Notes: generated from the letters alone by a model not told the origin. A stretch of 64,000 nt of DNA from Vicinamibacteria bacterium (GCA_965116805.1 OZ220713.1:2704594-2768593); one strand, 5' to 3'; positions 27,371-38,546 are shown, counted from the first letter of the stretch. Translations and numbers: made by a program.

Positions 27371-28609
27371 TTATCGTGCGGCCAGCGACCGCGGCCGGGA
27401 GGGGAGACGCGGCGCGGCCGCGCGGCCCACCGGATCCAGCTTCGCCAGGTGCTCCGCCAGCGAGCGCACGCTCGCCAGGTTGTTCACGGGAAGGAAGTCG
27501 TGGATGTGGGGAAGCGCCGCGGCCATCCCCCGGGTGAGCGGCTCGTATCCCTCGTCGGACAGCAGCGGGTTCAGCCAGACCACGCGCCAGGCGAGCCCGC
27601 GCAGCCGCTCCATTTCGGACGCCACCAGCGCCGGATCGCCGCGGTCCCAGCCGTCGCTCACCAGGAGCACCACCGCGGCGGAGGTGGGCAGCCGCCGCGC
27701 CCACTCCAGGTTGAACCGGTGGAGCGCTTCGCCGATACGGGTCCCGCCCGACCAGTCGCGCACGGTTTCCGAGGCCTCGCCGAGGGCCCGGTCCACCCGC
27801 CGGTCGGCGAGCTTGCGGGTGATGCGGGTGAGCCGGGTGGCGAAGACGAAAGCCTCCACCCGCCCGGGCGACCCGTGCGAGAGCCCGTAGAGGAAGTGGA
27901 GCAGCACCCGCGCCGTCTGTTCCATGGAGCCGCTCACGTCGGCGAGCACGATGAGCGGCCGCGGTTTCTCCCGGCGCCGCCGCCGCTCGAGGCGCACCCA
28001 CTCGCCGCCCGACCGGAGCCCGCGCCGCAGCGTCCGGCGCAGGTCCAGATTCCGGTTGCCGCCGGGCCGGAACCGCACCACCCGGCGGCGGGCGGCCCGC
28101 CACCCGGCGTCCCGGATCAGCGCCCGCACTTCCCGCAGTTCGTCCTCGTCGAGGTCGGAGAAGTCGCGGTGCTCGAGGGACTCCCGGTCGCTCCAGGTGC
28201 GCCGGGCGAACGGCTGGCGCGGCTGCTCGTCGGCGCCGGTGTCCCTCCCGGGGGCAACCGGCCGGAAGGTCGCCTGCCGGACCGGGGAGCGCTGCTTCCG
28301 GAGCATCATTCCGGGGAGCCGGGCCCGCGTCCAGCGTTCGGGCGGCGTTTCCCAGAACAGCGCGAACGCGGCGTCGAAGAGTTCGAGGTCTTCGCGCCGG
28401 TGAATGAGCAGCGCCCGGGCGGCGGCGTGGAACTCCTCGCGCCGGAAGACCTCGATGAGCGGGAGCGCCTGCGCCAGGTCCAGCATCCGGGCGGTCGAGA
28501 CCGGGAGCCCGATCCCCCGCAGCAGGCGCCCGAAGAGCGTGAGGTTCTGGAGCAGCGGCGGGAGCGCCGCTCCGCGTTCCGGTTGCGGACCCCGCGCCGC
28601 GGCGGTCAA
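27371..28609 (-). CDS. CoxE-like VWA-domain protein
   Basis: VWA MIDAS motif 'LADVSGSM' and the CoxE-family body. A TTG start overlapping the coxD stop (TTGA) is proposed; an ATG at about 28486 is the alternative. Confidence 0.7.
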   Translation of the reverse strand: MTAAARGPQPERGAALPPLLQNLTLFGRLLRGIGLPVSTARMLDLAQALPLIEVFRREEFHAAARALLIHRREDLELFDAAFALFWETPPERWTRARLPGMMLRKQRSPVRQATFRPVAPGRDTGADEQPRQPFARRTWSDRESLEHRDFSDLDEDELREVRALIRDAGWRAARRRVVRFRPGGNRNLDLRRTLRRGLRSGGEWVRLERRRRREKPRPLIVLADVSGSMEQTARVLLHFLYGLSHGSPGRVEAFVFATRLTRITRKLADRRVDRALGEASETVRDWSGGTRIGEALHRFNLEWARRLPTSAAVVLLVSDGWDRGDPALVASEMERLRGLAWRVVWLNPLLSDEGYEPLTRGMAAALPHIHDFLPVNNLASVRSLAEHLAKLDPVGRAAAPRLPSRPRSLAAR

Positions 28610-29517
28610 GAGACTCCGGCGGCCAGCCGGGTGAGGATGGCCCCCGCCCGTTCTCCACGGACCATCTCGAGATCGTCCCGGTACTTGAGCAGCGCGCCCA
28701 GCGTGCGGTCCACCGCGGCCTCGTCGAGGGCGGTCTTCCCGAGCGACGCCAGCGCCATCGTCCAGTCCAGGGTCTCGGACACCCCCGGGCGCTTGAAGAG
28801 ATCGAGCTCGCGCAACTCCTGGGCGAACCGGGTGGCCTCCGCCGCGAGTTGCGCCGCCGCCTGGGGCACCCGCTCGCGGACGATCTCGAGCTCGCGTTCG
28901 TAGCTGGGATAGGGAATCCAGTGGTAGAGGCAGCGCCGCTTGAGCGCGTCGTGGACCTCCCGGGTCCGGTTCGAGGTGAGGACCACGACCGGCGGCGCCG
29001 CCGCCCGGATGGTGCCGATCTCGGGAATCGTGATCTGGAAGTCCGAGAGGACCTCCAGCAGATACGCCTCGAACTCCTCGTCGCTGCGGTCCACCTCGTC
29101 GATGAGCAGCACCGGCCGGCGTTCCGGCGACGAGGTCTCGATGGCGTGCAGCAGGGGCCGGCGGAGCAGGAAGTCCGCACCGAACAGGTCCTGTTGTTCC
29201 ATGGCGGCCCCCCGGCTCTCCGCCAGGCGGATGGCCAGCATCTGCCGGGTGTAGTTCCACTCGTAGGCCGCCTGGCCGATGTCGAGTCCCTCGTAGCACT
29301 GGAGCCGGATCAGCGGGGCGCCGAGCACCGCCGCCGTCACCTTGGCGAGTTCCGTCTTCCCGACGCCGGCCTCGCCCTCGAGGAAGAGGGGGCGCTCGAG
29401 ACGGAGGGCCAGGAAGAGCGCGGTGGCGAGGGCGCTGTCGGCGATATACCCCTGCCCCGCGAGTTCCCCGGTGAGTTCGGGGACCGAGGAAAGGGTCGCC
29501 GTCCGGGTCGCCGACAA
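28606..29517 (-). CDS. CoxD-like MoxR AAA+ ATPase
   Basis: Walker A 'GEAGVGKTE' and Walker B 'LLIDEVDR'. TTG start abutting the coxM stop. Confidence 0.85.
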   Translation of the reverse strand: MSATRTATLSSVPELTGELAGQGYIADSALATALFLALRLERPLFLEGEAGVGKTELAKVTAAVLGAPLIRLQCYEGLDIGQAAYEWNYTRQMLAIRLAESRGAAMEQQDLFGADFLLRRPLLHAIETSSPERRPVLLIDEVDRSDEEFEAYLLEVLSDFQITIPEIGTIRAAAPPVVVLTSNRTREVHDALKRRCLYHWIPYPSYERELEIVRERVPQAAAQLAAEATRFAQELRELDLFKRPGVSETLDWTMALASLGKTALDEAAVDRTLGALLKYRDDLEMVRGERAGAILTRLAAGVS

Positions 29518-30372
29518 CTATCCGGCGCGCTCGGCGGCTGCGGCCAGCGCGCGCTTCGTGTACACCCCGGCGAGGTGGGCCCGGAACTCTCCCGAGGCGT
29601 AGAGATCGCCGAGCGGCTCGTCGAAGGCTTCACCGACGCACGCCGCGGCAGCCGCGATCCGGTCCGCGCTGGCCGGGCCGCCGCAGAGCGCCGCCGCGGC
29701 CGCGTCCGCCAGCACCGCCTTGCCGGTGACCCCGTTGATGCCGATCGCGCAGCTCGCGACGTTGCCGCCGTCCAGCCCGACGCAGGCGGCCACCCCGACC
29801 ACGGCGTAGCTGGAGGCCGGATGGCGGTGCTTCAGGTAGGCGCCGCCCGCCGCGCAGGGAACCCGGACCGAAGTGATGACTTCGTTGTCCGCGAGCGCGG
29901 TGGTCAGGATGTCCACGAAGAAGTCGGAGGCGGCGATCGTCCGTTCGCCGCCCGCCCCAACGGCGGTGACCTCGGCGCCGAGCGCCAGCATCGCGGCGGG
30001 ATAGTCGGCTCCCGGATCGGCGTGGGCCAGGCTGCCCCCGATCGTCCCCCGGTTCCGCACCTGGATGTCCCCGATGGCGGCCGCGGTTTCGGCCAGCATC
30101 GGGCATCCCCCCCGGACCGCGGCCGAGTCGGCTACCGCGGCGTGGGTGGCCAGCGCGCCGATGACGAGGCTGTCGCCGTCGGCGGAGATGTCGGACAAAC
30201 CGGGGATCCGCCCGATGTCCACGAGGGCGGCCGGCTGCGCGGCGCGCAGCTTCATGGCCGGAATCAGGCTGTGCCCGCCGGCGACCAGCTTGGCGTCCGG
30301 AAGCGAGGAAAGCAGCTCCACCGCCTCGGCGACCGAAGCGGCGCGGTGGTAGTCGAATTGGCTTGGAAACAT
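29518..30372 (-). CDS. coxM: Molybdo-flavoprotein medium (FAD-binding) subunit, CoxM-like, form II cluster
   Basis: 'AGGHSLIP' FAD-binding motif and the CO dehydrogenase flavoprotein C-terminal domain. Confidence 0.85.
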   Translation of the reverse strand: MFPSQFDYHRAASVAEAVELLSSLPDAKLVAGGHSLIPAMKLRAAQPAALVDIGRIPGLSDISADGDSLVIGALATHAAVADSAAVRGGCPMLAETAAAIGDIQVRNRGTIGGSLAHADPGADYPAAMLALGAEVTAVGAGGERTIAASDFFVDILTTALADNEVITSVRVPCAAGGAYLKHRHPASSYAVVGVAACVGLDGGNVASCAIGINGVTGKAVLADAAAAALCGGPASADRIAAAAACVGEAFDEPLGDLYASGEFRAHLAGVYTKRALAAAAERAG

Positions 30373-30384
30373 CGGAATCTCCTC

Positions 30385-32745
30385 TCAGGCGCCGTTGCCG
30401 GCCGCCTGGACGGCCCGCCAGATCCTCTCCGGGGTGAGCGGCAGCTCAATGTGGGTGACTCCCAGGGGAGCCAGCGCGTCCAGCACCGCGTTCGCCACCG
30501 CGGGGGTCGCGGCGATGGTGCCCATCTCGCCCGCGCCCTTGACCCCGAGCGGGTTGTGGGGCGACGGGGTCTCGATCCGGTCCACCTCGATCCCCGGCAG
30601 GAGATCGGCGCGCGGCACCGCGTATTCGAGCAGGGTCCCCGAGAGGAGCTGGCCGTCATCGGAATAGGCGCCGTCCTCGGTCAGCGCCTGGCCTACGCCC
30701 TGGACGATGCCGCCCTGGATCTGGCCCTCCACGATCATGGGGTTGATCACCTTGCCCACGTCGTCCACCGCCACGTAGCGGAGGATGCGGACTTCCCAGG
30801 TGTCGGAGCAGACCTCGACCTCGCAGATGTGCGAACTCGCCGGGAAGGTGAAGTTCGCCGGGTCGTAGAAGCTCACGAAATTGAGTCCCGGCTCCACTCC
30901 CTCGGGCAGGTTGTGCGCGGTGTAGGCGGCGAACGCCAGCTCGCCGAAGTCTTTCCCGCTCTCCGGAGAGCCCTTCACGTGGACCCGGCCGGTGTCCCGG
31001 TCGTAGACCACGTCCTCCTCGGCGGCCTCGAGCAGGTGGGCCCCGATCTGGAGGACCTTGGCGCGCACCTTCTCGGCGCTCCTGACGAGCGCCGAGCCGC
31101 CCACACAGGCGCTCCGGCTGCCGTAGGTGCCCATGCCGAAGTTGACGCGGCCGGTGTCTCCGTGGACCACCTCCACGCTCTCGATGGGGACGCCGAGCTC
31201 GTCGGCGACCACCTGCGCGAGGGTGGTCTCGTGGCCCTGTCCGTGGGCGTGGGAGCCGGTGAAGACGCTGATCTGTCCGGTGGGATGGACGCGCACCTCA
31301 CCGCTCTCCCAAAAGCCCACCGCCGAACCGAGCGACCCGGCAACCGCCGAGGGCGCGGGACCGCTGGCCTCGATGCAGCACACGACCCCGACGCCGCGCA
31401 GCTTGCCCTCGGCGCGCGCCTCGGCCTGCGCCTGGCGCATGCCGGCGTAGTCGGCGTTGTCGGCGGCGGTCGCCATCAGCCGGTCGTAGTCGCCGCTGTC
31501 GTAGAGGAACGCCACCGGCGTCTGGTAGGGGAAGTCCTCCTTGGGAATCGCGTTCTGGCGCCGCAGGTCCAGGGGGTCCCGGCCCAGCCGGGCGGCCGCC
31601 AGGTCCACCAGGCGTTCGACGAGGTAGGCCGCCTCCGGCCTGCCCGCGCCCCGGTAGGCATCCACCGGCACCGTGTTGGTGAGCGTGCCGTGCACCTTGC
31701 CGAACACGCCGGGCATCTTGTAGTTCCCGGAGAGCAGCGTGATGTAGAGCGCCGTGGGGATGAGGGGGGCGAAGGTCGAGAGGTAGGCCCCCTGGTTCGC
31801 CCAGGTCTCCACGTCGAGCCCGGTGAAGGTGCCGCCGCTCGTCATGGCGAGCTTGGCGACGGTGACGTGGTCGCGCCCCTGGGAGTCGGTCATCTGGCTC
31901 TCGGTCCGGGTCGCGACCCAGCGGGCGGGCCGGCCCACCTCGCGCGCCACCCAGGGCACGATGACTTCCTCGGGGTAGTGGAAGATCTTGCTGCCGAACC
32001 CGCCGCCCACGTCGGGAGAGATCACCCGCAGCTTGCTCTCGGGAATCCCGAGCGTGAAGGCGGAGAGCAGCAGCCGGATCGGGTGCGGGTTCTGGCTGGT
32101 CGTCCAGACCGTCATCTCTTCCGATGCCGCATCCCACTGCGCCGCCGCGGCCCGCGGCTCCATCGCCGTGGGGATGAGGCGCTGGTTCACGAGCTCGACC
32201 TCCACGATCTCGTCCGCCTCGGCGAACGCCTTGTCGCAGGCCTCCTGGTCACCGAGCGCCCAGTGGTAGGAGACGTTGTCCTCGATCTCGGCGTGGACGA
32301 GGGGCGCACCCTCGTCCATGGCGCCGCGCGCGTCCACCACGGTCGGGAGCGGCTCGTAGTCCACCTCGATCGCCTCGACCGCATCGGCGGCGATGTAGGG
32401 AGTTCGGGCCGCGACCACCGCCACCGAATCCCCGACGTGGCAGACCCGGTCGGTCACCACGACGGGCCGGTCCGGAACCTTGGTGTCGGGCACCAGCCAG
32501 CCGCAGGGGAGCGAGCCGCAGCCGCCGTCCTTGAAGTCCTGGCCGGTGAAGACGGCCACGACGCCGTCCATGGCGTCCGCGGCCGAAGTGTCGATCCGGG
32601 TGATCCGGGCGTGCGCCTCGGGGCTGCGCTTGATGGCCACGTACACCATGTCCGGAAACTGGATGTTGGCGACGTAGCGTCCCTTGCCCTGAATGAAGCG
32701 GGGGTCTTCCACCCGCTTGACCGAAGTCCCTACGTAACGGCCCAT
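30385..32745 (-). CDS. Molybdopterin-binding large subunit, form-II CoxL-like (putative CODH/xanthine dehydrogenase family)
   Basis: Active-site loop 'VDAYRGAGRPEA' (AYRGAGR is the form-II signature). 786 aa. Good RBS (GAGGAGGA). Confidence 0.85.
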   Translation of the reverse strand: MGRYVGTSVKRVEDPRFIQGKGRYVANIQFPDMVYVAIKRSPEAHARITRIDTSAADAMDGVVAVFTGQDFKDGGCGSLPCGWLVPDTKVPDRPVVVTDRVCHVGDSVAVVAARTPYIAADAVEAIEVDYEPLPTVVDARGAMDEGAPLVHAEIEDNVSYHWALGDQEACDKAFAEADEIVEVELVNQRLIPTAMEPRAAAAQWDAASEEMTVWTTSQNPHPIRLLLSAFTLGIPESKLRVISPDVGGGFGSKIFHYPEEVIVPWVAREVGRPARWVATRTESQMTDSQGRDHVTVAKLAMTSGGTFTGLDVETWANQGAYLSTFAPLIPTALYITLLSGNYKMPGVFGKVHGTLTNTVPVDAYRGAGRPEAAYLVERLVDLAAARLGRDPLDLRRQNAIPKEDFPYQTPVAFLYDSGDYDRLMATAADNADYAGMRQAQAEARAEGKLRGVGVVCCIEASGPAPSAVAGSLGSAVGFWESGEVRVHPTGQISVFTGSHAHGQGHETTLAQVVADELGVPIESVEVVHGDTGRVNFGMGTYGSRSACVGGSALVRSAEKVRAKVLQIGAHLLEAAEEDVVYDRDTGRVHVKGSPESGKDFGELAFAAYTAHNLPEGVEPGLNFVSFYDPANFTFPASSHICEVEVCSDTWEVRILRYVAVDDVGKVINPMIVEGQIQGGIVQGVGQALTEDGAYSDDGQLLSGTLLEYAVPRADLLPGIEVDRIETPSPHNPLGVKGAGEMGTIAATPAVANAVLDALAPLGVTHIELPLTPERIWRAVQAAGNGA

Positions 32746-32784
32746 TGCTCTCCTCCTCGCGATCCTCGATGAAAGTTGCCCCGC

Positions 32785-33252
<468 letters not shown>

Positions 33253-33398
33253 GGGGAGGTTCCTCCTCGCCGGGAACGAATCATCCAAATCGCGAGAGTA
33301 TCCGGGAATGGCGGAAATCCGCAAGAGCAGAGGGACCGTCCGCCCCGACCCGGCAGGAAGTGCGCCGGCAACCTAGACTACGGACCGAACCGCAACCC

Positions 33399-34394
33399 AT
33401 GCGTACCGGCCTGATTCCCGCTCTCCTCGCGACCCTGCTCGCGGGAGCCGCATTCGCTCCCGGACAGCCCCCGGCTCAGCCGCCAGTGGAGGAGGCGAGG
33501 CCCGAAACCATCGAGCGGGAAGCGACGCTCGGGGACCGCTTCAGTTTCGTGGTGCGGGTGCCGAGCGTGACCCTCGACGTGGTGGTCGCCGATGAGCGGG
33601 GACGCTTCATCACGGGCCTCGGCCCCGACGATTTCGAGATCCTCGAGGACGGCGTTCCCCAGGAGATCCGCTACTTCACCGCCGACCTGACTCCCGTAAC
33701 CAGCCTGTTGCTGCTCGACTCGTCCGCCTCCGTGCGTTCGAGCCTGTCGGCGATCCAGACCGCGGCCTACATCTTCCTGCGCAACATGGCCTCAGCGGAC
33801 CAGGGCCGGGTCGCCACCTTCAGCGAGGGCGTCCGCTTCGGGCCCCCCTACACCACCGAGATCTGGGATCAGGTCCCGATGATCCGCGCGATGCGGCCGT
33901 TCGGGAAGACGGCGCTCTACGACGCGATCCTGACCAGCCTCCAGGAACTCTCCCGGGTCGAGGAGCGGAAGGCGCTGATCCTGGTTTCGGACGGCGAGGA
34001 CTCCGGACCCGACGCCAAGGGGAGCGTCAGCACCCGGGAGCAGGCCCTCGAGGGGGCCCGGCTCTCCGAGGGCGCCATCTACACCGTGGGCTACACCGGC
34101 TGGAGCCCGGAGGGCGGCGGGAAGCTGAATCGCGAGTTCCTGGATTCGGTGGCGGAACAGAGCGGCGGACGGTCCTACTACCCCGACAAGATCGAGGACC
34201 TGTCCCGGCATTTCCGGCAGATCCAGCACGAGCTGCACCGGCAGTACCAGATCGCCTACCTCCCCTCGCGCGACCGCAAGGAAGGCGGCTGGCGCAGCAT
34301 CGAGGTGAAGATCAAGGACCGCGACGATCTGATCGCGCGCACCCGCAAGGGCTATTACGCCGCACCGGAAACCGAAACCAGCGAATCCCGGTAG
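33399..34394 (+). CDS. Secreted VWA-domain protein
   Basis: Signal peptide and a VWA fold with the MIDAS-like motif 'LLLDSSASV'. Confidence 0.7.
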   Translation: MRTGLIPALLATLLAGAAFAPGQPPAQPPVEEARPETIEREATLGDRFSFVVRVPSVTLDVVVADERGRFITGLGPDDFEILEDGVPQEIRYFTADLTPVTSLLLLDSSASVRSSLSAIQTAAYIFLRNMASADQGRVATFSEGVRFGPPYTTEIWDQVPMIRAMRPFGKTALYDAILTSLQELSRVEERKALILVSDGEDSGPDAKGSVSTREQALEGARLSEGAIYTVGYTGWSPEGGGKLNREFLDSVAEQSGGRSYYPDKIEDLSRHFRQIQHELHRQYQIAYLPSRDRKEGGWRSIEVKIKDRDDLIARTRKGYYAAPETETSESR

Positions 34395-34401
34395 GGGCTG
34401 G

Positions 34402-34438
34402 GAGCGCCGGTGTTCACACCGGCACGCCCGGCGCTCCG
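34402..34438 (+). terminator. Candidate terminator hairpin after the VWA gene (GGAGCGCCGG...CCGGCGCTCC with a nested CCGGTG-ttca-CACCGG)
   Basis: 10-bp perfect stem 8 nt after the stop codon. No U-tract, which is common in high-GC genomes. Confidence 0.35.
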
Positions 34439-34528
34439 CGCCGCGCACGGCGCAACCCGACGCAGTCTCACGGCGCCTCCCCCAACGGACGCATAATCGC
34501 CTTCTCGCTTCCGCCCAAGGAGTCCCCG

Positions 34529-35542
34529 ATGCGCCTCACCACCTTCGCTGCCCTCGCCCTCCTCGCTCTCGTCGCCGCCTGCGGATCCCCCGCACCCGCG
34601 CCGGCTCCCGACCCGGAACCCGAAGGGGACCCCGTCCCCACGCCGGACTACACCCTCCCCGCCGACAACACCCACAACCGCTGGAGTTCCACCATCCCGC
34701 CGGTCCTCACCGTGCCCTCGGGCGCCGTCGTCGAGATCTTCACCAAGGAAGCGTCGGACGGCCAGATCACCCTCGAGACCACCGCGGCGGAACTCGCGAC
34801 CGTGGACTTCGGGTTGATCCACGCCCTCACCGGACCCATCGCGGTCGAGGGCGCGGAGCCGGGCGACCTGCTCGCGGTGACGATCCACGAGGCGGAAGTC
34901 CAGGGCCCCGGCTGGTCCGGCATCTTCCCGGGCTTCGGCTTCCTCGCCGACGAGTTCACCGAGCCGTGGCTCCGCAGCTTCGATCTGGAACCGGGCGCCA
35001 CCGAGGCGCGTTTCAACGACCGCATCACCCTGCCCCTCGCTCCCTTCCCGGGAGTGCTCGGCGTGGCCCCCGCTACCGACGAAATGCTGGTGACGATCCC
35101 GCCGCGCGAGAACGGCGGGAACATGGACAACCGGCACATGCGTCCCGGGGCCACGGTGTACATCCCGGTCCAGGTCCCGGGCGCCAACTTCTCGATCGGG
35201 GACACCCACGCGGTCCAGGGCGACGGGGAGGTCTCCGGGAGCGCCATCGAGGCCCCCATGCGCCTCGTGGTCACGCTGGAGGTCATGCCGAACCCGCGCG
35301 GAATCACCGAGCCCGAATACGAGACGGACGACTACTACGCGGTCACCGGATTCGACCCCGACATCGACGAGGCGGCGAAGAAGGCGACCCGCCACATGAT
35401 CGCCTGGCTGGTGGCCGAGCACGGGCTGACCCGCGAGGAGGCCTACGTGCTCTGCTCGCTGGCGGGCGACCTCAAGATCTCCGAGACCGTCGACGTCCCC
35501 AACATGCTGGTGAGCATGCACATGCCGAAGTCGATCTTCTGA
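34529..35542 (+). CDS. Acetamidase/formamidase (FmdA/AmdA) family protein, lipoprotein
   Basis: Lipobox 'LVAACGS' and FmdA/AmdA-family motifs along the ORF. Confidence 0.75.
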   Translation: MRLTTFAALALLALVAACGSPAPAPAPDPEPEGDPVPTPDYTLPADNTHNRWSSTIPPVLTVPSGAVVEIFTKEASDGQITLETTAAELATVDFGLIHALTGPIAVEGAEPGDLLAVTIHEAEVQGPGWSGIFPGFGFLADEFTEPWLRSFDLEPGATEARFNDRITLPLAPFPGVLGVAPATDEMLVTIPPRENGGNMDNRHMRPGATVYIPVQVPGANFSIGDTHAVQGDGEVSGSAIEAPMRLVVTLEVMPNPRGITEPEYETDDYYAVTGFDPDIDEAAKKATRHMIAWLVAEHGLTREEAYVLCSLAGDLKISETVDVPNMLVSMHMPKSIF

Positions 35543-35556
35543 GAGGACCGCCGCCG

Positions 35557-38125
35557 ATGAAGTTCCCCGCCGCCGCCATCCTGACCGGGGCAGCGCTGAC
35601 GGCTCTGTCCGTTCACCCTGGCTCCGCCCAGCAATACGAGTACCCCGACCCCTTCCCGGGCGGCTACCCCTCCCTCGCGGGCGTCAGCAACGCGGGACGG
35701 ATGTACATGGAGAGCTACTTCCCGCCCCCCGTCACCGCCTCGCCCACCTACCCCGCCTGGTCACCCGACGGCGAGTCCATCGCCTTCGCCTGTCACGGCC
35801 GCATCTGGGTCGTCCCCGCCGAGGGCGGCACCGCCCGGCAGGTCACGAGCGGCCCCGGCTACCACTCCCAGCCGAGCTGGTCCCCCGACGGCAGCCAACT
35901 CGCCTACGCGGCCGACATCGACCGCAACTTCGACATCTTCGTCACCGAACTTGCCGACGGCGGGTCGCGCCGCCTCACCACGCATCCCTTCCTCGACCTG
36001 CGTCCGCGCTGGTCGCCGGACGGGTCCCGCATCCTGTTCACGACGGAGCGCGACGGCACCTTCGACCTCTGGGTCCACGACGTGGAAACCGGCACGGCGG
36101 AAGCCGTCATCGCCGACCCCGATGCAAACGACATGGCCGGGGACTGGATCGGCGGCACCGGCGACATCGTGTTCGTTTCCCGGCGGGGCGAGGCCGCGCT
36201 CGGCTCGGGTTCCCTCTGGCGCCATCGCGCCGCGACCGGAGAGGCGGAACTCCTGATCCGCATCGAGACCAACTACCAGGCGGCGCCGGTGGTCGCGCCG
36301 CACGGGGGCATCGTCGCCTACGTCACGGACGCCTCGGGCAACAACGACCTCTACGCCGTCCCCAGCGAGAAGTCGCCGCGCGGAATCCAGCCGGTGCGCC
36401 TCACCCACACGCGTACCGACGAGTACTTCCCCTCGTGGTCACCGGACGGTGAGCGCCTGGTCTATGCGAGGAACGGCGGCGCCACGGACCAGCCGCGCAC
36501 CATCGACAACGGGATGGGGTTCGGGCTCTACACGGTCACCCGCGGGGGCGGCGTCCCCCAACCGGTGCGGATCGACGGCTACGCCTGGTCCGAGCCCACC
36601 GGCCAGCTCCGCGTTCGCGTCAGCGACGCGGACGGCGAACTCCTGCCGTCCCGGATCTACCTGACCGGCTCCGACGGGCGCGCCTACTTCCCGGCCGGCA
36701 GCTACCCCCGCGTCGTCAGCGTGACCGAGGACTACTACTTCCACACCGACGGCAGCTTCTCGGCGACGCTGCCCGCCGGCGAGGCCACCGTCGAGGCCTG
36801 GCGGGGCTTCGAATACGAGCCCGTCTCCCGCGCCGTCGAGATCCGCGCCGGCGAGCACGCCATCGTCGAACTCCAGCTCGACCGCTGGATCGACATGGCC
36901 GCGGACGGCTGGTACTCCGGAGACAACCACATCCACCCCAACTACGGCGGCCACTACTTCGTCACCCCCGAGGACCTCCGGAACAAGGCCCACGCGGAGG
37001 ACCTCAACGTCGCGAACGGCATGATCGCCAACTACTGGGGCAACAGCCGGGTCGAGGACCTCGAGCACTTCCTCGGGCACCCGCACCCGCACACCGGGCC
37101 GCGCACCATCGTCTACTACAACGAGGAGTACCGGCCCAGCTACTTCGCGCACCTCTCGCTGCTCAACCTGACCGAGCTGATCACGCCCTTCTACATCGGC
37201 TCGGTGGGCACCGCGCACCACGCCCTCTACCCCGACAACGCGTCGGTGCTGCGCCGGGTGCACGAGCAGGGCGGCATCGGCGGATACGTCCACCCCTACG
37301 GGCTCCGGCACCGGGACCCCGACGCGGCGGGGGCGGGATCGGCCAGGGAGCTGCCCGTGGACGCGATTCTCGGCCTCGCCGACTTCGTGGACGTGGCGTG
37401 CATCTGGAGCGACGAGCTCGGGACGGCCGAGGTCTGGTACCGCCTCCTCAACACGGGTTCGCGCATCCCCGCGACCGCCGGAACCGACGCCATGACCGAC
37501 ATCTGGCGGCATCCCGCGATCGGGACGACGCGTACCTACGTCCACACCGGCGAGGACCATGTCCACTACGACGCCTGGGCCGACGCGATGGCGGCGGGCC
37601 GCGCGTTCGTGACCAGCGGCCCGATCCTGACGCTGGACGTTTCCGGGAAGAGCATGGGCGAGGAACTGGCGGCGTCCCGCGGCGACACGGTCACGGTGCG
37701 CGCGACAGCCCGTTCGCTCTTCACCATGCACGGGCTGGAGATCGTGCAGAACGGCCGCATCGTGCACCGGGTCGACGCTACGGGCGACCTCAAGGCAATC
37801 GACGCCGAGCTGGAGATCCCGGTCGAGGGGAGCGGGTGGATCGCGGCGCGGGTGCTGGGTCCGCCGCAGCACGGCGCGATGGACAGCTACCTGTTCGCGC
37901 ACACGAACCCGGTCTTCGTGATCGCGGACGGCGAGCCCGATCCGCTCGCTGGACGACGCGGCGTTCTTCGTCCGCTGGATCGACCAGGTGCTGGAGGAAC
38001 TCAGGGCGATGGACCGCTGGGACGATCCCGCCCAGAAGGCGGAGGTGCTCGCGACCTTCGAGGAGGGGCGGCGGCTCTACCAGGCGCAGGTGGACGAACT
38101 GCGGGGCAGCGGAGGCGGCCGGTAG
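35557..38125 (+). CDS. TolB-like beta-propeller fused to a CehA/McbA-type metallohydrolase domain; apparent +1 frameshift near 37936-37945 (candidate pseudogene or sequencing error)
   Basis: Signal peptide, repeated 'SWSPDG/RWSPDG' propeller blades, then a His-rich hydrolase domain. Frame 0 degenerates into Arg/Gly/Pro-rich nonsense after '...FVIADGEPD', while the +1 frame reads a protein-like tail 'IRSLDDAAFFVRWIDQVLEELRAMDRW...' to TAG 38123-38125. Confidence 0.55.
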
Positions 38126-38216
38126 GACGTTCCCGAACCCGGAGATCTACCCGGTTCGCTTGGTGGAGACCGCCGGCGGGACTTCCGCTCCGACAGCCCG
38201 GTCGCCGTTTGTGAAT

Positions 38217-38235
38217 GGTAGCTACCGTAGCTACC
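38217..38235 (+). promoter_or_regulatory. Candidate phd-vapC operator: perfect palindrome GGTAGCTACC followed by direct repeat GTAGCTACC, 8 nt before the ATG
   Basis: Read directly from the sequence (tgtgaatGGTAGCTACCGTAGCTACCatcgctccATG). Confidence 0.55.
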
Positions 38236-38243
38236 ATCGCTCC

Positions 38244-38546
38244 ATGAGAGCCGTCGGGATCAAGGAGTTGAACAACCGCCTGAGCGAGTACGTCCGTCTC
38301 GCCGAGTCCGGCGAGACGGTTCTGGTAACGAATCGGGACCGCATCGTCGCCGAGATCGGGCCTCCGCGGAAAACGGGCAACCCGCTTGCGGACAATCCGC
38401 GCCTTGCGGAAATGGTGCGGAAGGGCCACCTCTCTCCGGCCCGGTCCCCACGGAAGGGCCCACCTCCCTCCGGAAAGCGCGTTGCGCCGCTCGCGCAGCT
38501 CCTGCGGGAACTTGACGAGGATCGGGCCGATCGTGATCTACCTTGA
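38244..38546 (+). CDS. Phd/YefM-family antitoxin
   Basis: N-terminal 'MRAVGIKELNNRLSEYVRLAESGETVLVTNRDRIVAEI' typical of Phd/YefM. Start placed at the internal ATG of ORF 37398..38546. Confidence 0.75.
   Translation: MRAVGIKELNNRLSEYVRLAESGETVLVTNRDRIVAEIGPPRKTGNPLADNPRLAEMVRKGHLSPARSPRKGPPPSGKRVAPLAQLLRELDEDRADRDLP

Noticed and set aside
27360-29299. Two overlapping 606/642-aa minus-strand ORFs across coxE and coxD
   Set aside because: Only the 3' 412 codons of the 27371..29299 frame (the CoxE VWA protein) are credible. The 5' part overlaps coxD in another frame.
34966-35556. 5' 197 codons of ORF 34966..38214
   Set aside because: They overlap the formamidase gene out of frame. The real gene begins at MKFPAAAIL (35557) with its own signal peptide.
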